In this document: in pieces, positions 35,688 through 46,310 of the stretch
Layout: each line of letters begins with the position of its first letter
Numbering within the stretch: position 1 is the stretch's first letter
Position numbers and translations under genes: made by a program
Notes under the pieces: generated by a model
Seen by the model: the letters and a program-made list of their open reading frames with translations, nothing else
The model's database searches: none
What the model was told of the DNA's origin: nothing
DNA from: an uncultured delta proteobacterium
GTDB taxonomy: Bacteria; Desulfobacterota; Binatia; HRBIN30; BPIQ01
Length of the DNA stretch: 64,000 nt
Assembly (NCBI GenBank): GCA_963761335.1
Contig: CAVXGR010000017.1
Location: forward strand, 192,001-256,000
Reading direction: 5' to 3'

Positions 35688-36827
35688 TCACACGCCGAAG
35701 ATGCTGCCGCTGCCGGGAACGAATCGGTACTTCTCCCGAAGCTCTGCCGTCAGGCGAATGCCCAGCCCCGCGGTCGTCGGCGGCTGCACATGGCCGTCGC
35801 GAATGACGAGGGGCTCGACGAACAGCTCGGACTCGAGCGGGTTGCCGAGAACGGGGTGCTCGACCCAGATGCAGTTGGGCGTGGCGAAGGCCAGATGGAT
35901 GTTGGCGGCCAGTGTCGGTGCCGATCCCCAGATGTGCACGGCCACCGGTAGGCTTCGCAGAGCCGCGGCCTCGCAGACGCGTCGGGCCTCGCCGATGCCG
36001 CCGGCAATCGTCGCGTCCGGCTGTACCAGATCGAAGGCCCCGGCGCGCAGCCACTGCTCGAACTGCGCCGCCGTGGTCAGCCCCTCTCCGCCGGAGATCG
36101 GCGTCGAGGTGGCGCGCCGCAGCTCCGCGTACGGCTGGGGATCGAAGGGCGGCAGCATCTCCTCGGCCCACGCCAGATTGAAGGGCTCGAGCTGCCGCAG
36201 CATGTGGGCGGCTTCCTTCACCGACCAAGGCCTCGGGTTGTAGTTCTGCACCGCGTCGATGGCGAGAGCCATGTCGCCGCCGAGTGTCTCGCGCACGGCT
36301 GCCACCCGCTCGGCCTCCACCTCGGGCTGATAGCGAAAGAAATTGGCGCGCATCTTGAACCCGCGAAGGCTGCGGCGTTGCGTCTCTGCCGCCTGAGCGA
36401 CCAGCTCGGCAATGGTCATGGTGAACGGCCCGCCGCTCCCGTACACCGGCAGCTCGTCGTGCACCGCGCCGCCGAGCAGTGCATGGACCGGCACACCCTG
36501 AGCCTGCCCGGTGATATCCCAGAGCGCGTTCTCGATGGCGCTCAACACCATCACCGTGAGACCGGTGCGGCCGAAGTAGCTGGTTGCCCGGTAGGCGGTG
36601 CGGTAAACCGCTTCGCGATTCGTCGGGTCCTGCCCCAAGACGAGTGGCTTGAAGAGCCCGACGATCGACGCCGCAATCTCGGGCACGTAGACGCCCGCGT
36701 AGGTCTCGCCGATTCCTGTGATTCCGGCGTCGGTCTCCACCTCCACGAAGCAGGCGCTGCGCTGCCCCTGCGGCTCAGTGCCGTACGGGTGCGTCAGCAG
36801 TACCGGTCGGACATCCGTAATTCTCAT
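35688..36827 (-). CDS. Mandelate racemase / muconate lactonizing enzyme family protein
   Basis: VETDAGITGIGE, SAIENALWDI.G, W.EE, GGE, QPD...GGI. Confidence 0.9.
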   Translation of the reverse strand: MRITDVRPVLLTHPYGTEPQGQRSACFVEVETDAGITGIGETYAGVYVPEIAASIVGLFKPLVLGQDPTNREAVYRTAYRATSYFGRTGLTVMVLSAIENALWDITGQAQGVPVHALLGGAVHDELPVYGSGGPFTMTIAELVAQAAETQRRSLRGFKMRANFFRYQPEVEAERVAAVRETLGGDMALAIDAVQNYNPRPWSVKEAAHMLRQLEPFNLAWAEEMLPPFDPQPYAELRRATSTPISGGEGLTTAAQFEQWLRAGAFDLVQPDATIAGGIGEARRVCEAAALRSLPVAVHIWGSAPTLAANIHLAFATPNCIWVEHPVLGNPLESELFVEPLVIRDGHVQPPTTAGLGIRLTAELREKYRFVPGSGSIFGV

Positions 36828-36949
36828 CGCGTCTCCACCTGGGCCCATGATGCTTCCGAGGAGAGGGCAACCTCAAGCCGGCCGGGCCGGGAGTCCGCGA
36901 GGCGCCGGCTGGGGCGACTGAGCCTCCGCACCGCGGCGGTCCGCCGCCC

Positions 36950-37948
36950 TCAGCTGAGGAAGTTCCACTTGGCCATGGCCCAGAGGTCGCGCGGCTGGTC
37001 GCCGAGCTTGCGCACGACCGAGGCCTCGAAGCCGGAGTGCATGAGGCAGTTCTGGCAGCGCGGGTCGCGGCGCGACTCCCAGTAGCTCCAGTCGACGCCG
37101 TTCCAGAACTCCTTCCAGGAGGGGTAGTAGCCGTCCTCGATGAGATAGCACGGCGCCTTCCAGCCCTTCGGCGTGCGCGTCGGATTGCCCCACGGGGTGC
37201 ACGGGTAGTCGCGCTCGCCGGCGGCGAACTGCAGGAACATCGGCGTCGAGTACAGCCGGTACCTGCGGGAGAGCTCGAGAACCCGCTTGAACTTCTGGTG
37301 CACCTCGTCGCGGAAGAGGAAATGGTTCTCCTTGATCGATTCGTAGTGGTACCCGGGCGAGATCAGCATGCCGTCGACGCCGACGCCCTGCAGGTATGCG
37401 AAAAGCTCCTCGACCTCGTTCATGTCGGTCTCGCGGTAGATGGTGGTGTTCGTGCACACCGTGTAGCCGAGGCGCTTGCCCTCGCGGATCATGTCGACCG
37501 CCTTGTCGAAGACGCCTTGGCGCGCCGTCACCAGGTCGTGGGTCTTCTGCATGCCGTCGAGATGGACGTTGATCGAGAGGCGCTTGTGCGGCTTGCCCTT
37601 CCGGTAGAAGCGGTCGAGGAGCAGGCCGTTGGTGCACAGGTAGATGTGCCGCCTGCGCGCGATGATGCCGTCGATCAGCTCCGGCAGCTCCGGGTAGATG
37701 GTGGGTTCGCCGCCGCAGATGGAGACCACCGGGGTGCCCGAGTCGTCCACCGCCGCCAGGCAGTCGGCGAGCGAGAGGCGGTCCTTGAGATCGCCGTTGT
37801 AGCGCTCCGGCGAGCAGCCGATGCAAGCGAGATTACAGGTGTGCAGCGGCTCGAGCATGAGCACGTACGGATAGCGTTGGTTGCCGCGCCACCAGTTCTT
37901 CAGCTGCCACTTCATCATGTCGGTGGCGATATGGACGGGGAATCTCAT
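36950..37948 (-). CDS. hpnH: Adenosyl-hopene transferase HpnH (radical SAM)
   Basis: YPYVLMLEPLHTCNLACIGC, GGEP, CTPWGNPT, CYL, C.NC..HSGFE; hopanoid operon context. Confidence 0.92.
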   Translation of the reverse strand: MRFPVHIATDMMKWQLKNWWRGNQRYPYVLMLEPLHTCNLACIGCSPERYNGDLKDRLSLADCLAAVDDSGTPVVSICGGEPTIYPELPELIDGIIARRRHIYLCTNGLLLDRFYRKGKPHKRLSINVHLDGMQKTHDLVTARQGVFDKAVDMIREGKRLGYTVCTNTTIYRETDMNEVEELFAYLQGVGVDGMLISPGYHYESIKENHFLFRDEVHQKFKRVLELSRRYRLYSTPMFLQFAAGERDYPCTPWGNPTRTPKGWKAPCYLIEDGYYPSWKEFWNGVDWSYWESRRDPRCQNCLMHSGFEASVVRKLGDQPRDLWAMAKWNFLS

Positions 37949-37987
37949 GTTACCTCCACTGGGGGGTGGCGGCGCGCCGGCACCGCA

Positions 37988-38716
37988 TCAGGTCGAAAGC
38001 CATGACTCGTGAAAACGCTCGAGAGTGAGGCGGGCTGCGGCCATCATGCGCTGCAGGCCCACGAGAGTGCCGAGGGTGCGCGGCTGGGTGAGCAGCTGCC
38101 GCGCCAGGGCGGCCGGGCGGACACTGCCTGTCTGCGGATCGATCAGGTCGGGAAGCTCGGCTTCCGCCGTGTCGAGCACGGCGCGCACCGCGAAGAAGCG
38201 CGCCCCGTGCACCTCGGCCGCCGCGGCGATCGCGGCGCTCTCCATGTCGACGCCGATGGCGCCGCAGCTCTGCCGCGCCAGCCGCTTGGCCTCGGCAGTG
38301 GTGAGCGCCAGCTCGCTGCACAGCAGCGTGCCCGGGACGGTGCGAAGCCGGGCGCGCTCTGCCGCTCGGCAGGCCCGTTCGAGATCGGCGACGCTGGAGA
38401 AGTAGCGCTCGCCGTTGCCGTTCGAGGTCGAGGCGGGCAGCATCAGGTCTCCCGGAGAGAGCTCGGCAGCGAGAGCGCCGGCGCAGCCGCTGGAGACGAA
38501 GATCTGGAATGGGCCCGCGGCGCCGACCAGGCGAGCCACCTCCGCGGCGCGCCGCCCGCCGACGCCGGTCTTGACCACCCATACCTCGGCGCCGTTCGCG
38601 GCTTGTCCGGCCCAGATCGTGGCGGCGCCGAGACGGCGTCGGCGCACCTGGCGCAGGCAGCGGCGCGCCGCTGCGGCTTCCCAGCGCAGGGCGGCGAAGA
38701 TGGCGATGCGGTCCAC
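37988..38716 (-). CDS. hpnG: Hopanoid-associated nucleosidase/phosphorylase HpnG
   Basis: TGVG, G.AGAL...L.PGD, VDMESAA, VRAVLD; lies between hpnE and hpnH; GTG start. Confidence 0.75.
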   Translation of the reverse strand: MDRIAIFAALRWEAAAARRCLRQVRRRRLGAATIWAGQAANGAEVWVVKTGVGGRRAAEVARLVGAAGPFQIFVSSGCAGALAAELSPGDLMLPASTSNGNGERYFSSVADLERACRAAERARLRTVPGTLLCSELALTTAEAKRLARQSCGAIGVDMESAAIAAAAEVHGARFFAVRAVLDTAEAELPDLIDPQTGSVRPAALARQLLTQPRTLGTLVGLQRMMAAARLTLERFHESWLST

Positions 38717-38767
38717 AATGCGCCCATCCTAGTCGGTCTCGCGGTCGTGGCGAAAGACCCGCATCCC

Positions 38768-40135
38768 TCAAGCTCCCAGGCGTGCCGCGGCGAGGGTGGC
38801 GGCGCGCCGGCCACTGAGCACGGCGCTCTCGATGGTGGCCGGCAGGCCCGTGTGCGTCCAGTCCCCGGCGAGAAAGAAGCGATCGAGCGGCGTCTCGGCG
38901 GCGGGGCGGCGGCGCTCGTTGGCCGGCGTCGGCGACATGGTCGCGTGCTTCTCCTTGACGACCACCGAGCGCAAGGGTTGCGCCGCGGCGGAGGCCGGGA
39001 ACGCCTTCCGCAGGTCCCCGGCGACCAGCGCGGCGAGCTCACGGGGATCGCGGTCGACGACGTCGTAGCCGGCGCTGATCACGGCGCTGACGCAGAAGGC
39101 GTTCCCGGTTGCCGCGGTCGCGATCCCCGCGCCTCCCGCCGTCAGGCGGGTGCGGTTGAACACCCACTGTGCGGTCGTGCCCACGAGGCCGACGAAGTCC
39201 CCCGGAAAGAGCGGGCGATCGTACCACGAATGCACGGACACGATCGGTGACGAGGTGATCTCCGCGGCGCTGCGCAGCAGCGGATGGTCGCGCAGCGGCA
39301 GCGGTAGCAGGGCCCCGAGCGCCCGCGGCGGCACGGCGCTGATGACCGCGTCGGCCTCGATGTGGCGGCCGTCGCGCAGGTGCACGTGTAGAGGCGCGCC
39401 GCCGTTGACCGCAACCGCGGCGACCGCGGCGCGGGTCAGCACCTCGCCGCCGCGGCTCTCGATGCAACGGCGCGCGTCGCCGGTGTAGAGGTCGCTGAGC
39501 CCGACGCGGGGCAGGACGAACTGCGAGGCGCGCCGGGAGGCGAAGAACGCCTGCGCCAGGACCTCGGCAAAGGGTGCGGCGGCGGCGCGCGCCGGGAGCT
39601 CGTTGAGGGTCGCCACCGCGACCGGGTACCAGAAGCGCCTGCGGGCGTTCTCCGACTGGCCGAGATGCACGAGAATCTGCTCGACCGTCCACTCCCGTAG
39701 CCGCGGGTCGCCGCGTCGCCGCAGCCCCATCAGCCGCGCCCCGCCGAGGAGCGCCAGCCAGCGCTCGCGGGGCGTCAGCAGGCGATAGCCGAGAATGCCG
39801 CTCAACATGTGCAGCGGGCTCGGCAGCCCGGAGCAGGCGATGGCGCCAGGCCCCACTGCGGTGTCGACCATGTCCACGTGGAGGCGCGGCTGGCGCATCA
39901 GCTTGTCGCCGGCGCCGATGTCATCGAGGAAGGCGAGGGTGTGGCGGTAGCAGCCCATCATGGCGTGCTGGCCGTTGTCGACCGTCTCGCCGGTGGCCTC
40001 GTCGGTGAACGAGTAGGCGCGGCCGCCGAGACGCGGGCGGCCCTCCAGGAGCGCGACGCGCAGCCCGCGCCCGGCCAGCGCCACTCCCGCGGAGAGCCCG
40101 GCGAAGCCGCCGCCGATGACGGCCACCGTCTTCAT
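38768..40135 (-). CDS. hpnE: Hydroxysqualene dehydroxylase HpnE
   Basis: VIGGGFAGL, LGGRAYSF, DNGQH, EKHAT, AGDWT.TGLPATIESAVLSG. Confidence 0.92.
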   Translation of the reverse strand: MKTVAVIGGGFAGLSAGVALAGRGLRVALLEGRPRLGGRAYSFTDEATGETVDNGQHAMMGCYRHTLAFLDDIGAGDKLMRQPRLHVDMVDTAVGPGAIACSGLPSPLHMLSGILGYRLLTPRERWLALLGGARLMGLRRRGDPRLREWTVEQILVHLGQSENARRRFWYPVAVATLNELPARAAAAPFAEVLAQAFFASRRASQFVLPRVGLSDLYTGDARRCIESRGGEVLTRAAVAAVAVNGGAPLHVHLRDGRHIEADAVISAVPPRALGALLPLPLRDHPLLRSAAEITSSPIVSVHSWYDRPLFPGDFVGLVGTTAQWVFNRTRLTAGGAGIATAATGNAFCVSAVISAGYDVVDRDPRELAALVAGDLRKAFPASAAAQPLRSVVVKEKHATMSPTPANERRRPAAETPLDRFFLAGDWTHTGLPATIESAVLSGRRAATLAAARLGA

Positions 40136-41004
40136 GCGCTCAGCGCCGCCAGGTGCGAGCGGCCCCACGCGGCCAGTGCCAGGGTCAGCTTCTCGTAGCG
40201 CGGCAGGGTCACCTTGGGGCCGAAGACGTCGAAGCGACGCGCCTCGATGCGGTCCAGCAGCCGCTCGTAGATCAGGCGCATCGCCTCCGCCGGTGCCAAC
40301 GCGGCGCGGTCGTCGTCGGCGAGCGCGCCACGGGCGCGCAGATAGTAGGCGCGCGCCCGGCCGCACTCGAAGGCCATCAGCGCCCCGACCCGCGGCGAGT
40401 AGCGGCCGCCCAGCAGATCCTCTTCGCTGCACTCGAAGTCGCGCAGGTCTTCGAGCGGCAGATAGATGCGCCCGCGGCTGGCGTCCTCCATGACGTCGCG
40501 CAGGATGTTGGTCATCTGGAAGGCGAGGCCGAGGTCGACGGCGTAGTCGCGCGCCGTCGCCTGGTGGTAGCCGAAGATCTCGATGCACAGGAGACCCACG
40601 GTGGAGGCCACCAGGTAGCAGTACTCGTGCAGCTCGTCGAAGCTGGCATAGCGGTGGTGCGACAGATCCATCTCGACACCGCGGATCAGATCGAGGAAGT
40701 GCCTCTGCGGCAGCGAGAAGCGCTGAGCCGCGTCGGCGAGCGCCAAGCTGATCGGGTGACCCGGCGCGCCGCCGTACACGCATTCCACCTCGTTGCGCCA
40801 GCGCTCGAGAAGAGTCGCGGGGTCGCGGCGGTCGCCGTCGTCGGCGATGTCGTCGACGAAACGGCAGAAGGCGTACACGGCAAAGAGGGCCTCGCGCCGC
40901 TCGGCCGGCAACAGCCGGAAGGCGTAGTAGAAGTTGCTGGAGCTGCGGCGCGTGACTTCCTGGCAGTACGCGTAAGCATGACGCAGAGCGACGTCGTGGC
41001 TCAT
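40132..41004 (-). CDS. hpnD: Presqualene diphosphate synthase HpnD
   Basis: SNFYYAF, YAFCRFVDDIAD, YCYLVASTVG, QMTNILRDV.ED..RGRIYLP. Confidence 0.9.
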   Translation of the reverse strand: MSHDVALRHAYAYCQEVTRRSSSNFYYAFRLLPAERREALFAVYAFCRFVDDIADDGDRRDPATLLERWRNEVECVYGGAPGHPISLALADAAQRFSLPQRHFLDLIRGVEMDLSHHRYASFDELHEYCYLVASTVGLLCIEIFGYHQATARDYAVDLGLAFQMTNILRDVMEDASRGRIYLPLEDLRDFECSEEDLLGGRYSPRVGALMAFECGRARAYYLRARGALADDDRAALAPAEAMRLIYERLLDRIEARRFDVFGPKVTLPRYEKLTLALAAWGRSHLAALSA

Positions 41005-41960
41005 GGCTCACCCTCGGCATTCGCCGTCGCCGCTCTCGCCGCGGCGGCACCGATGCGGCGCCGCCCCGCAAGCAGGGCGCGCAACACCAGGTTGGCCTTC
41101 CCCCATCTCGACAGTGTCGGACGGCGGGAGAAGACATCGTAATCGGCGGACTCGATGGCGGCGAGGATGGCGAGCCCTCCCCAGGCGAAGAGCCGCACCT
41201 CGCGCCCCAGACGGCGGTCGACGACGTCGGCCAGCGCCAGGCCGCGGCACAGCAGCGAGCGCGCCCGGGCCACCTCGAACTCCATGAGGCGCCGCAGTTG
41301 CGTTGTGACCACACCGCCGAGGAGGTCGCCGGCGGCGCAACCGTAGCCCTCCAGGTCCTCGGCCGGTACGTAGATGCGCCCGCGGCGCGCGTCGATCGCC
41401 GCGTCCTGCCAGAAGTTCGCCAGCTGCAAACCGCTGCAGACGTCGTCCGCGAGGCGCTGCCTTTCGGCATCGCCATAGCCGAAGAGCTGCAGCACGAGGC
41501 GCCCCACGGGGTTCGCCGAGCAGCGGCAGTAGTCGAGGGCGTCGGCGAAGGTGGCGAAGGGAGTGAACTCGACGTCGGCGCGAAAGGCCTGGAGCAGGTC
41601 GCGGAAGGGACGGTCGGGGAGGCCGAAGGCGGTGATGGTGTCCTGCAGAGCGATGAACACCGGCTCCTGGCTGCGGCCGCGGCAGCATTCGTCGAGCTGC
41701 GCCTCCCACCAATCGAGGCGCAGCAGACGCTCGGCGGCCGGCAGATCGCCCTCGTCGGCGATGTCGTCCGCGGTACGGGCGAAGGCGTAGATTGCGGCGA
41801 TGTGCCGCCGCAGTCGGCGCGGCAACAGCCACGAGCCGAGGGTGAAGTTCTCATAGTGTCCCGTGGCGATCTGCCAGCAGTGCTGGTAGGCCGCGGCGAT
41901 CTCCGCTGCCGGGCGCGGCGGTGCGACGCGAGAAGCCGGGATGGGCGTTGGCGCGTTCAT
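41001..41960 (-). CDS. hpnC: Hydroxysqualene synthase HpnC
   Basis: HYENF..GSWLLP, YAFARTADDIADEG, SANPVGRLVL, QLANFWQD. Confidence 0.92.
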   Translation of the reverse strand: MNAPTPIPASRVAPPRPAAEIAAAYQHCWQIATGHYENFTLGSWLLPRRLRRHIAAIYAFARTADDIADEGDLPAAERLLRLDWWEAQLDECCRGRSQEPVFIALQDTITAFGLPDRPFRDLLQAFRADVEFTPFATFADALDYCRCSANPVGRLVLQLFGYGDAERQRLADDVCSGLQLANFWQDAAIDARRGRIYVPAEDLEGYGCAAGDLLGGVVTTQLRRLMEFEVARARSLLCRGLALADVVDRRLGREVRLFAWGGLAILAAIESADYDVFSRRPTLSRWGKANLVLRALLAGRRRIGAAAARAATANAEGEP

Positions 41961-41964
41961 CGGC

Positions 41965-44013
41965 TCAACGGGGGCGCAGCTCGGCGAGCTGCGCGGCGAT
42001 CTTCTCCATGGGAAGGGCGCGCTGCGGTGCCTGCAGCAGGCGGATCTCGGGCTTGTGGGGCGCCGCCTCGCGCAGGCGGGCACGTGCCTGGCCGAGCGCC
42101 ATGAGCGGGAAGTAGCTGCGGTACATGTCGTAGCGAAGGTAGAAGTGGCGCGGGAATCCCGTGCCGGTGAACAGGTCCTCGTCCCAGGATCCGTCCTCCG
42201 TCTGCGCCCGCAGCAGATAGGCGACGCCGCGCAGCGCCTCCGGCCCGATGCCGGGCTCGCCGGCGAGCAGACCGAGAACCGCCCACGCCGTCTGCGATGG
42301 CGTCGAGGCGCCGCGCCCCGCCCAGCGCTCGTCGTCGTAAGAGCGCAGCGATTCTCCCCAGCCGCCGTCGGCGTTCTGGTGATCCTTCAGCCAAGCGACG
42401 GCGCGCCGCACGTGCGCCGCGTCGAGATCCTCGCCGATGGCCCGCAGGCCGGCCAGTGCCGACCAGGTCCCGTAGATGAAGTTCACGCCCCAGCGTCCCC
42501 ACCACGAGCCGTCGTACTGCTGTGTGCGCAACAGAAACTGCTGCGCCCGGCGGGCGCGGCCGAAGCGCAGATCGTAGCCGCTGCTGCCCATGAGCTCCAG
42601 CAGCCGCCCGGTCAGGTCTTCGGTGGGCGCGTCGATCATCGCCTCCATGTCGGCAAAGGGAATCTGGTTGAGAAACTCGGAATCGTTGTCGGTGTCGAAG
42701 GCGCCGTAGCCGCCGTTGCGGCTCTGCATGCCGAGTGTCCAGTTGAGGCCGGCGGCCACCGAGCGGTCGCGACGGCCGGGATCGCTCGCGGTGATGCGCT
42801 TGAGGACCATGAGGATGACCGCGGAGTCGTCGACGTCGGGGTACCAGTCGTTGGCGAACTCGAACGCCCAACCGCCGGGCTCGAGCGCGGGCTTGTAGAC
42901 CTGCCAGTCGCCGGGCGCGAAGATCTGGTTGTCGATCAGCCAGTCAGCGGCGCGGCGCAGGGCGGGGTGCTCGGCAGGTAGCTCGGAGTCCAGGAGCGCC
43001 TTGGCGGCCAGCGCCGTGTCCCATGTCGGCGAGACACACGGCTGAAAGAAGAGCTGGTCGTCGCGATCGACGAGAAAGTCGTCGATCGCCTGGATTCCCT
43101 TGGCGACCGCGGGGTGGTCGTCGGCGTAGCCGAGGGCGCGCAGCGCCATGACCGAGTTCACCATCGCCGGCTGAATGCCGCCCCAGCCACCGTTGCGGTC
43201 CTGGTGCGCGACGATCCACTGCTCGGCGCGCCGCAGGGCGCGCTGCCTCCAGGGGCGCCAGGGTGTCCGCGCCAGCAGCTTGAGGGCGCCGTCGACGGCG
43301 AGGAAGAAGTTGCGCCAGGTGATCCACTCGCGGCTGGGGGCGAAGGACAGATCGGCCGCGGACGGCGGGCGGCGCCAGAGCTCGCTCACGCCGCAGTCGG
43401 CCTCGATGGCGATCGACGGTCGCTTGGCCATCAGCACGGTGAGCGGCACCACGGTTCCGCGCGCCCAGCTGGAGAAGGCGTAGATGTTGATCGGGAACCA
43501 CGGCGGCAGCAGCACCAGCTCCACCGGCATGGCGGGAAGACCGCTCCAGGGGAATTGCCCGAAGTAGGCGAGGAAGGTGCGTGTGAAGACGCCGGCGCGG
43601 GCCAGGCCGCCACTCTCCAGAATGAACTCGCGCGCCCGGCGCAGCGGCGCCTCGGCGGCGTCGCGGCCGACGAGCTTGAGGGCGAAGTAGGCCTCGATGG
43701 TGTTGCTCACGTGCCCCGGGCCGCCGGCGTAGAGAGGCCAGCTGCCATCCTCCGACTGGGTCGCCAGCATGTGCTCCGCGAGGCGCTCCTCGAGCGCCGC
43801 CGGACGCCGGCCCATGAAGCGGTTGAAGAAGACGTACTCTGCGTCCATCGAGACGTTGGCCTCGAGCGGCGCGTGCCAGAATCCCTCGGGGCTCTGCCGT
43901 CGCAGGAACCACTGCTGGCTGGCGCCGATGCCGCCCTCGAGGGCGGCGCGAAATGCATCCCCGCGCTCGAGCGGCGCGGCGCCTTCAAAGGCCAGGTGAC
44001 TGTTGCGTTCCAT
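41965..44013 (-). CDS. shc: Squalene-hopene cyclase
   Basis: QPCVSPTWDT, YPDVDDSA (DxDD), QW repeats, GTGFP..FYLRY. Confidence 0.96.
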   Translation of the reverse strand: MERNSHLAFEGAAPLERGDAFRAALEGGIGASQQWFLRRQSPEGFWHAPLEANVSMDAEYVFFNRFMGRRPAALEERLAEHMLATQSEDGSWPLYAGGPGHVSNTIEAYFALKLVGRDAAEAPLRRAREFILESGGLARAGVFTRTFLAYFGQFPWSGLPAMPVELVLLPPWFPINIYAFSSWARGTVVPLTVLMAKRPSIAIEADCGVSELWRRPPSAADLSFAPSREWITWRNFFLAVDGALKLLARTPWRPWRQRALRRAEQWIVAHQDRNGGWGGIQPAMVNSVMALRALGYADDHPAVAKGIQAIDDFLVDRDDQLFFQPCVSPTWDTALAAKALLDSELPAEHPALRRAADWLIDNQIFAPGDWQVYKPALEPGGWAFEFANDWYPDVDDSAVILMVLKRITASDPGRRDRSVAAGLNWTLGMQSRNGGYGAFDTDNDSEFLNQIPFADMEAMIDAPTEDLTGRLLELMGSSGYDLRFGRARRAQQFLLRTQQYDGSWWGRWGVNFIYGTWSALAGLRAIGEDLDAAHVRRAVAWLKDHQNADGGWGESLRSYDDERWAGRGASTPSQTAWAVLGLLAGEPGIGPEALRGVAYLLRAQTEDGSWDEDLFTGTGFPRHFYLRYDMYRSYFPLMALGQARARLREAAPHKPEIRLLQAPQRALPMEKIAAQLAELRPR

Positions 44014-44061
44014 CTGCTCGCGATCCTCCTCTCGCCGCGCCTGCCGGCGTCCCTCGTTTCC

Positions 44062-45012
44062 TCAGCGTCCTTCCGGATCGCCCACGGCGGCCGCAAAGGC
44101 CCGCGTGCCCGCGGCCGTGAAATCGGCGGCGAGCCGCCGGGCGGCGCCGTCATCGCCACACAGGGAGATCACGGCGCCGCCGCCACCACCGCCGGTGAGC
44201 TTGCTTCCCAGGGCGCCGCGACGCATGGCCAGCGCCACCATCTCGTCGAGCTCGTCCGTCGATACTTCCAGGCGGCGGAGAAGCTCGTGGTTCTCGCGCA
44301 TGGCGGCGCCGAGGCCGCCGTGGTCACCGCCGCCGAGAGCCGCCTCCGCGGCGGCGGCGAGTGCGCCGATGCAGTCGAAGAGCGGCTCACACTCGCCCGG
44401 ACTCTGCTCCCACCGCCGGCGCAGCCGGGCCACGGTGGCGGCGGTCCGCCGCGGACGGCGACCGATGGCGATCACCAGCGACAGCGGCCGCGCCGGATGC
44501 AGCGGGCGCGGCTCGGCGCCGCGGCGGAAGCACAGCAGCCCGCCGTAGGTGGCGATGGTGTTGTCGATTCCGGAGGGATGTCCGTGGAAGATCTTCTCGA
44601 TCTCGAAGGCGTGGGCGCAAATGCTGTCGGGGGCGGCGTGGCGCCCGGCGAGCGTGTGCAGCGCCCGCATCAGGGCAACGCTGAGCGCCGCCGAGCTGCC
44701 GAGGCCGACGCCGGCCGGGAGAGTCGAGGTTACCGAGATGTGCAGGCCGTGCGCAGGCAGCCCGGCGAGCTCGGCGCCGCGCCGCAGCGCCTGGTCGAGA
44801 AGCCGCCCGGCGGCGCCCTCGTCCCCGGGGCGGGGCGTCGAGGGCGTAAGTCGCGCCTCGACCTCGACGCGGTCGCCGACGGCGGCCGCGAGTGCCGGGC
44901 GCCCGTACACCACGGCGTGCTCGCCGAGAAGGATCACCTTCCCCGGGGCGCTGCCGTGGCCTGAAGACGTCAGTGGCTCGGTCCGAGCCAGGGCAGCGAC
45001 GGCCACAGTCAT
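44062..45012 (-). CDS. mvaK1: Mevalonate kinase
   Basis: APGKVILLGEHAVVYG.PA, P.G.GLGSSAA, HG.PSGID, KLTGGGGGG. Confidence 0.92.
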   Translation of the reverse strand: MTVAVAALARTEPLTSSGHGSAPGKVILLGEHAVVYGRPALAAAVGDRVEVEARLTPSTPRPGDEGAAGRLLDQALRRGAELAGLPAHGLHISVTSTLPAGVGLGSSAALSVALMRALHTLAGRHAAPDSICAHAFEIEKIFHGHPSGIDNTIATYGGLLCFRRGAEPRPLHPARPLSLVIAIGRRPRRTAATVARLRRRWEQSPGECEPLFDCIGALAAAAEAALGGGDHGGLGAAMRENHELLRRLEVSTDELDEMVALAMRRGALGSKLTGGGGGGAVISLCGDDGAARRLAADFTAAGTRAFAAAVGDPEGR

Positions 45013-46310
45013 GCGGCACCGTCCAGGCGGAAGGACTCGAGGATCTGGCGCGCCTTGTCGAGCTTGATCTCGCCGGAGGCGATCAGGCGGTCGATGACCA
45101 GGTCGACGAGGGCATCGGGAGCGCCGGCGGCGACGGCGAGCCCGCGGGCGTGCAGCGCCATGTGACCCCGCTGGATGCCGTCGGTCACCAGGGCGCGCAT
45201 GGCCGCGAAGTTCTGGCCGAGGCCGACCGCCGCCATCACCATGGCAAGCTCGCGCGCCGAGGAGATGCCGAGCAGTCGCAGCGAGAAGCGCACGCGCGGA
45301 TTGAGCTCGAGGTTGCCACCGACGATGGCGACCGCCAGCGGCATCTCGATCGAGCCGACGAGCTCGGCGCCGTCGATGCTCCACCGCGTGAGCGGGCCGT
45401 AGCGGCCGTGGCGCGCCGCGAAGGCGTGCGCGCCGGCCTCAATGCCGCGCCAGTCCTGCCCGGTGGCGATGGCGACGGCGTCGACGCCGTTCATCACTCC
45501 CTTGTTGTGGGTGGCGGCGCGGTACGGGTCGGCCTCGGCAAAGGCCCAGGCCTCGACCAGGCGCTCGGCGACCATCTCGCCCGAGCAGCCGTCGCAGTCG
45601 AGAAGAGGGAAGGGAATGCGCACGCCGGCACGGGCGAGGCGGCGGTCGGCGAGGTTGGAGAGAATGCGCAGGCGGACCTGCCCGCCGCTGAGCTCGGCGA
45701 CGCGGGGCGCCAGTGCTTCGGCCATGGTGTTGACGGCGTTCGCCCCCATGGCGTCGCCGACGTCGACGAGGAGATGCAACACCAGCATCGGGCCACGGGG
45801 CGTCTGCGGCAGCCGCCGCACCTCCGTGCCGCGAGCCCCGCCGCCGCGCCTGGCCATGTTCGGATGCACGGCGTTGGCGGCGGCGACCAGCTCGCTCGAG
45901 GCCGCCTCCAGCCGCGCCGCCGCCCGCTCGATGTCGGGGACCTCGACGAGCTGGATCTGCCCGATCATCAGCGGCGCATCCGCCTCGGCGGAGAAGCCTC
46001 CGGCGCGGCGCGCCGTGCGCGCCGCGTGGCTGGCGGCGGCGATCACCGACGGCTCCTCAATGGCCATGGGAACCAGGTGATCGCGTCCGTTGATGAGGAA
46101 GTTGAGACCCACGCCGAGGGGAAGGCCGACCACGGAGACGGCGTTCTCGACCATGTGGTCCGCCACCGCGAAATCGAGAGGCGCCGGGCTGCGGATCTCG
46201 GCGATCTCCGCCTCGCTGAGGGACGAGCGCTCGGCGAGCCGCGCCAGGCGCATGTTGCGCTCCAGTCGGTAGAAGCCCTCGATGCGCGAGCCCTGATCTT
46301 CACTTCGCAT
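45009..46310 (-). CDS. mvaA: HMG-CoA reductase, class II
   Basis: ENA, PMAIEEPSVIAA, DAMGAN.VN, ILSNL, RAATHNKG.MNG, GIQRGHM.LH. Confidence 0.95.
   Translation of the reverse strand: MRSEDQGSRIEGFYRLERNMRLARLAERSSLSEAEIAEIRSPAPLDFAVADHMVENAVSVVGLPLGVGLNFLINGRDHLVPMAIEEPSVIAAASHAARTARRAGGFSAEADAPLMIGQIQLVEVPDIERAAARLEAASSELVAAANAVHPNMARRGGGARGTEVRRLPQTPRGPMLVLHLLVDVGDAMGANAVNTMAEALAPRVAELSGGQVRLRILSNLADRRLARAGVRIPFPLLDCDGCSGEMVAERLVEAWAFAEADPYRAATHNKGVMNGVDAVAIATGQDWRGIEAGAHAFAARHGRYGPLTRWSIDGAELVGSIEMPLAVAIVGGNLELNPRVRFSLRLLGISSARELAMVMAAVGLGQNFAAMRALVTDGIQRGHMALHARGLAVAAGAPDALVDLVIDRLIASGEIKLDKARQILESFRLDGAA

Noticed and set aside
40136..41854. Apparent 1028-aa HpnE fusion
   Set aside because: The upstream part is an off-frame read of hpnC and hpnD; HpnE starts at 40135.
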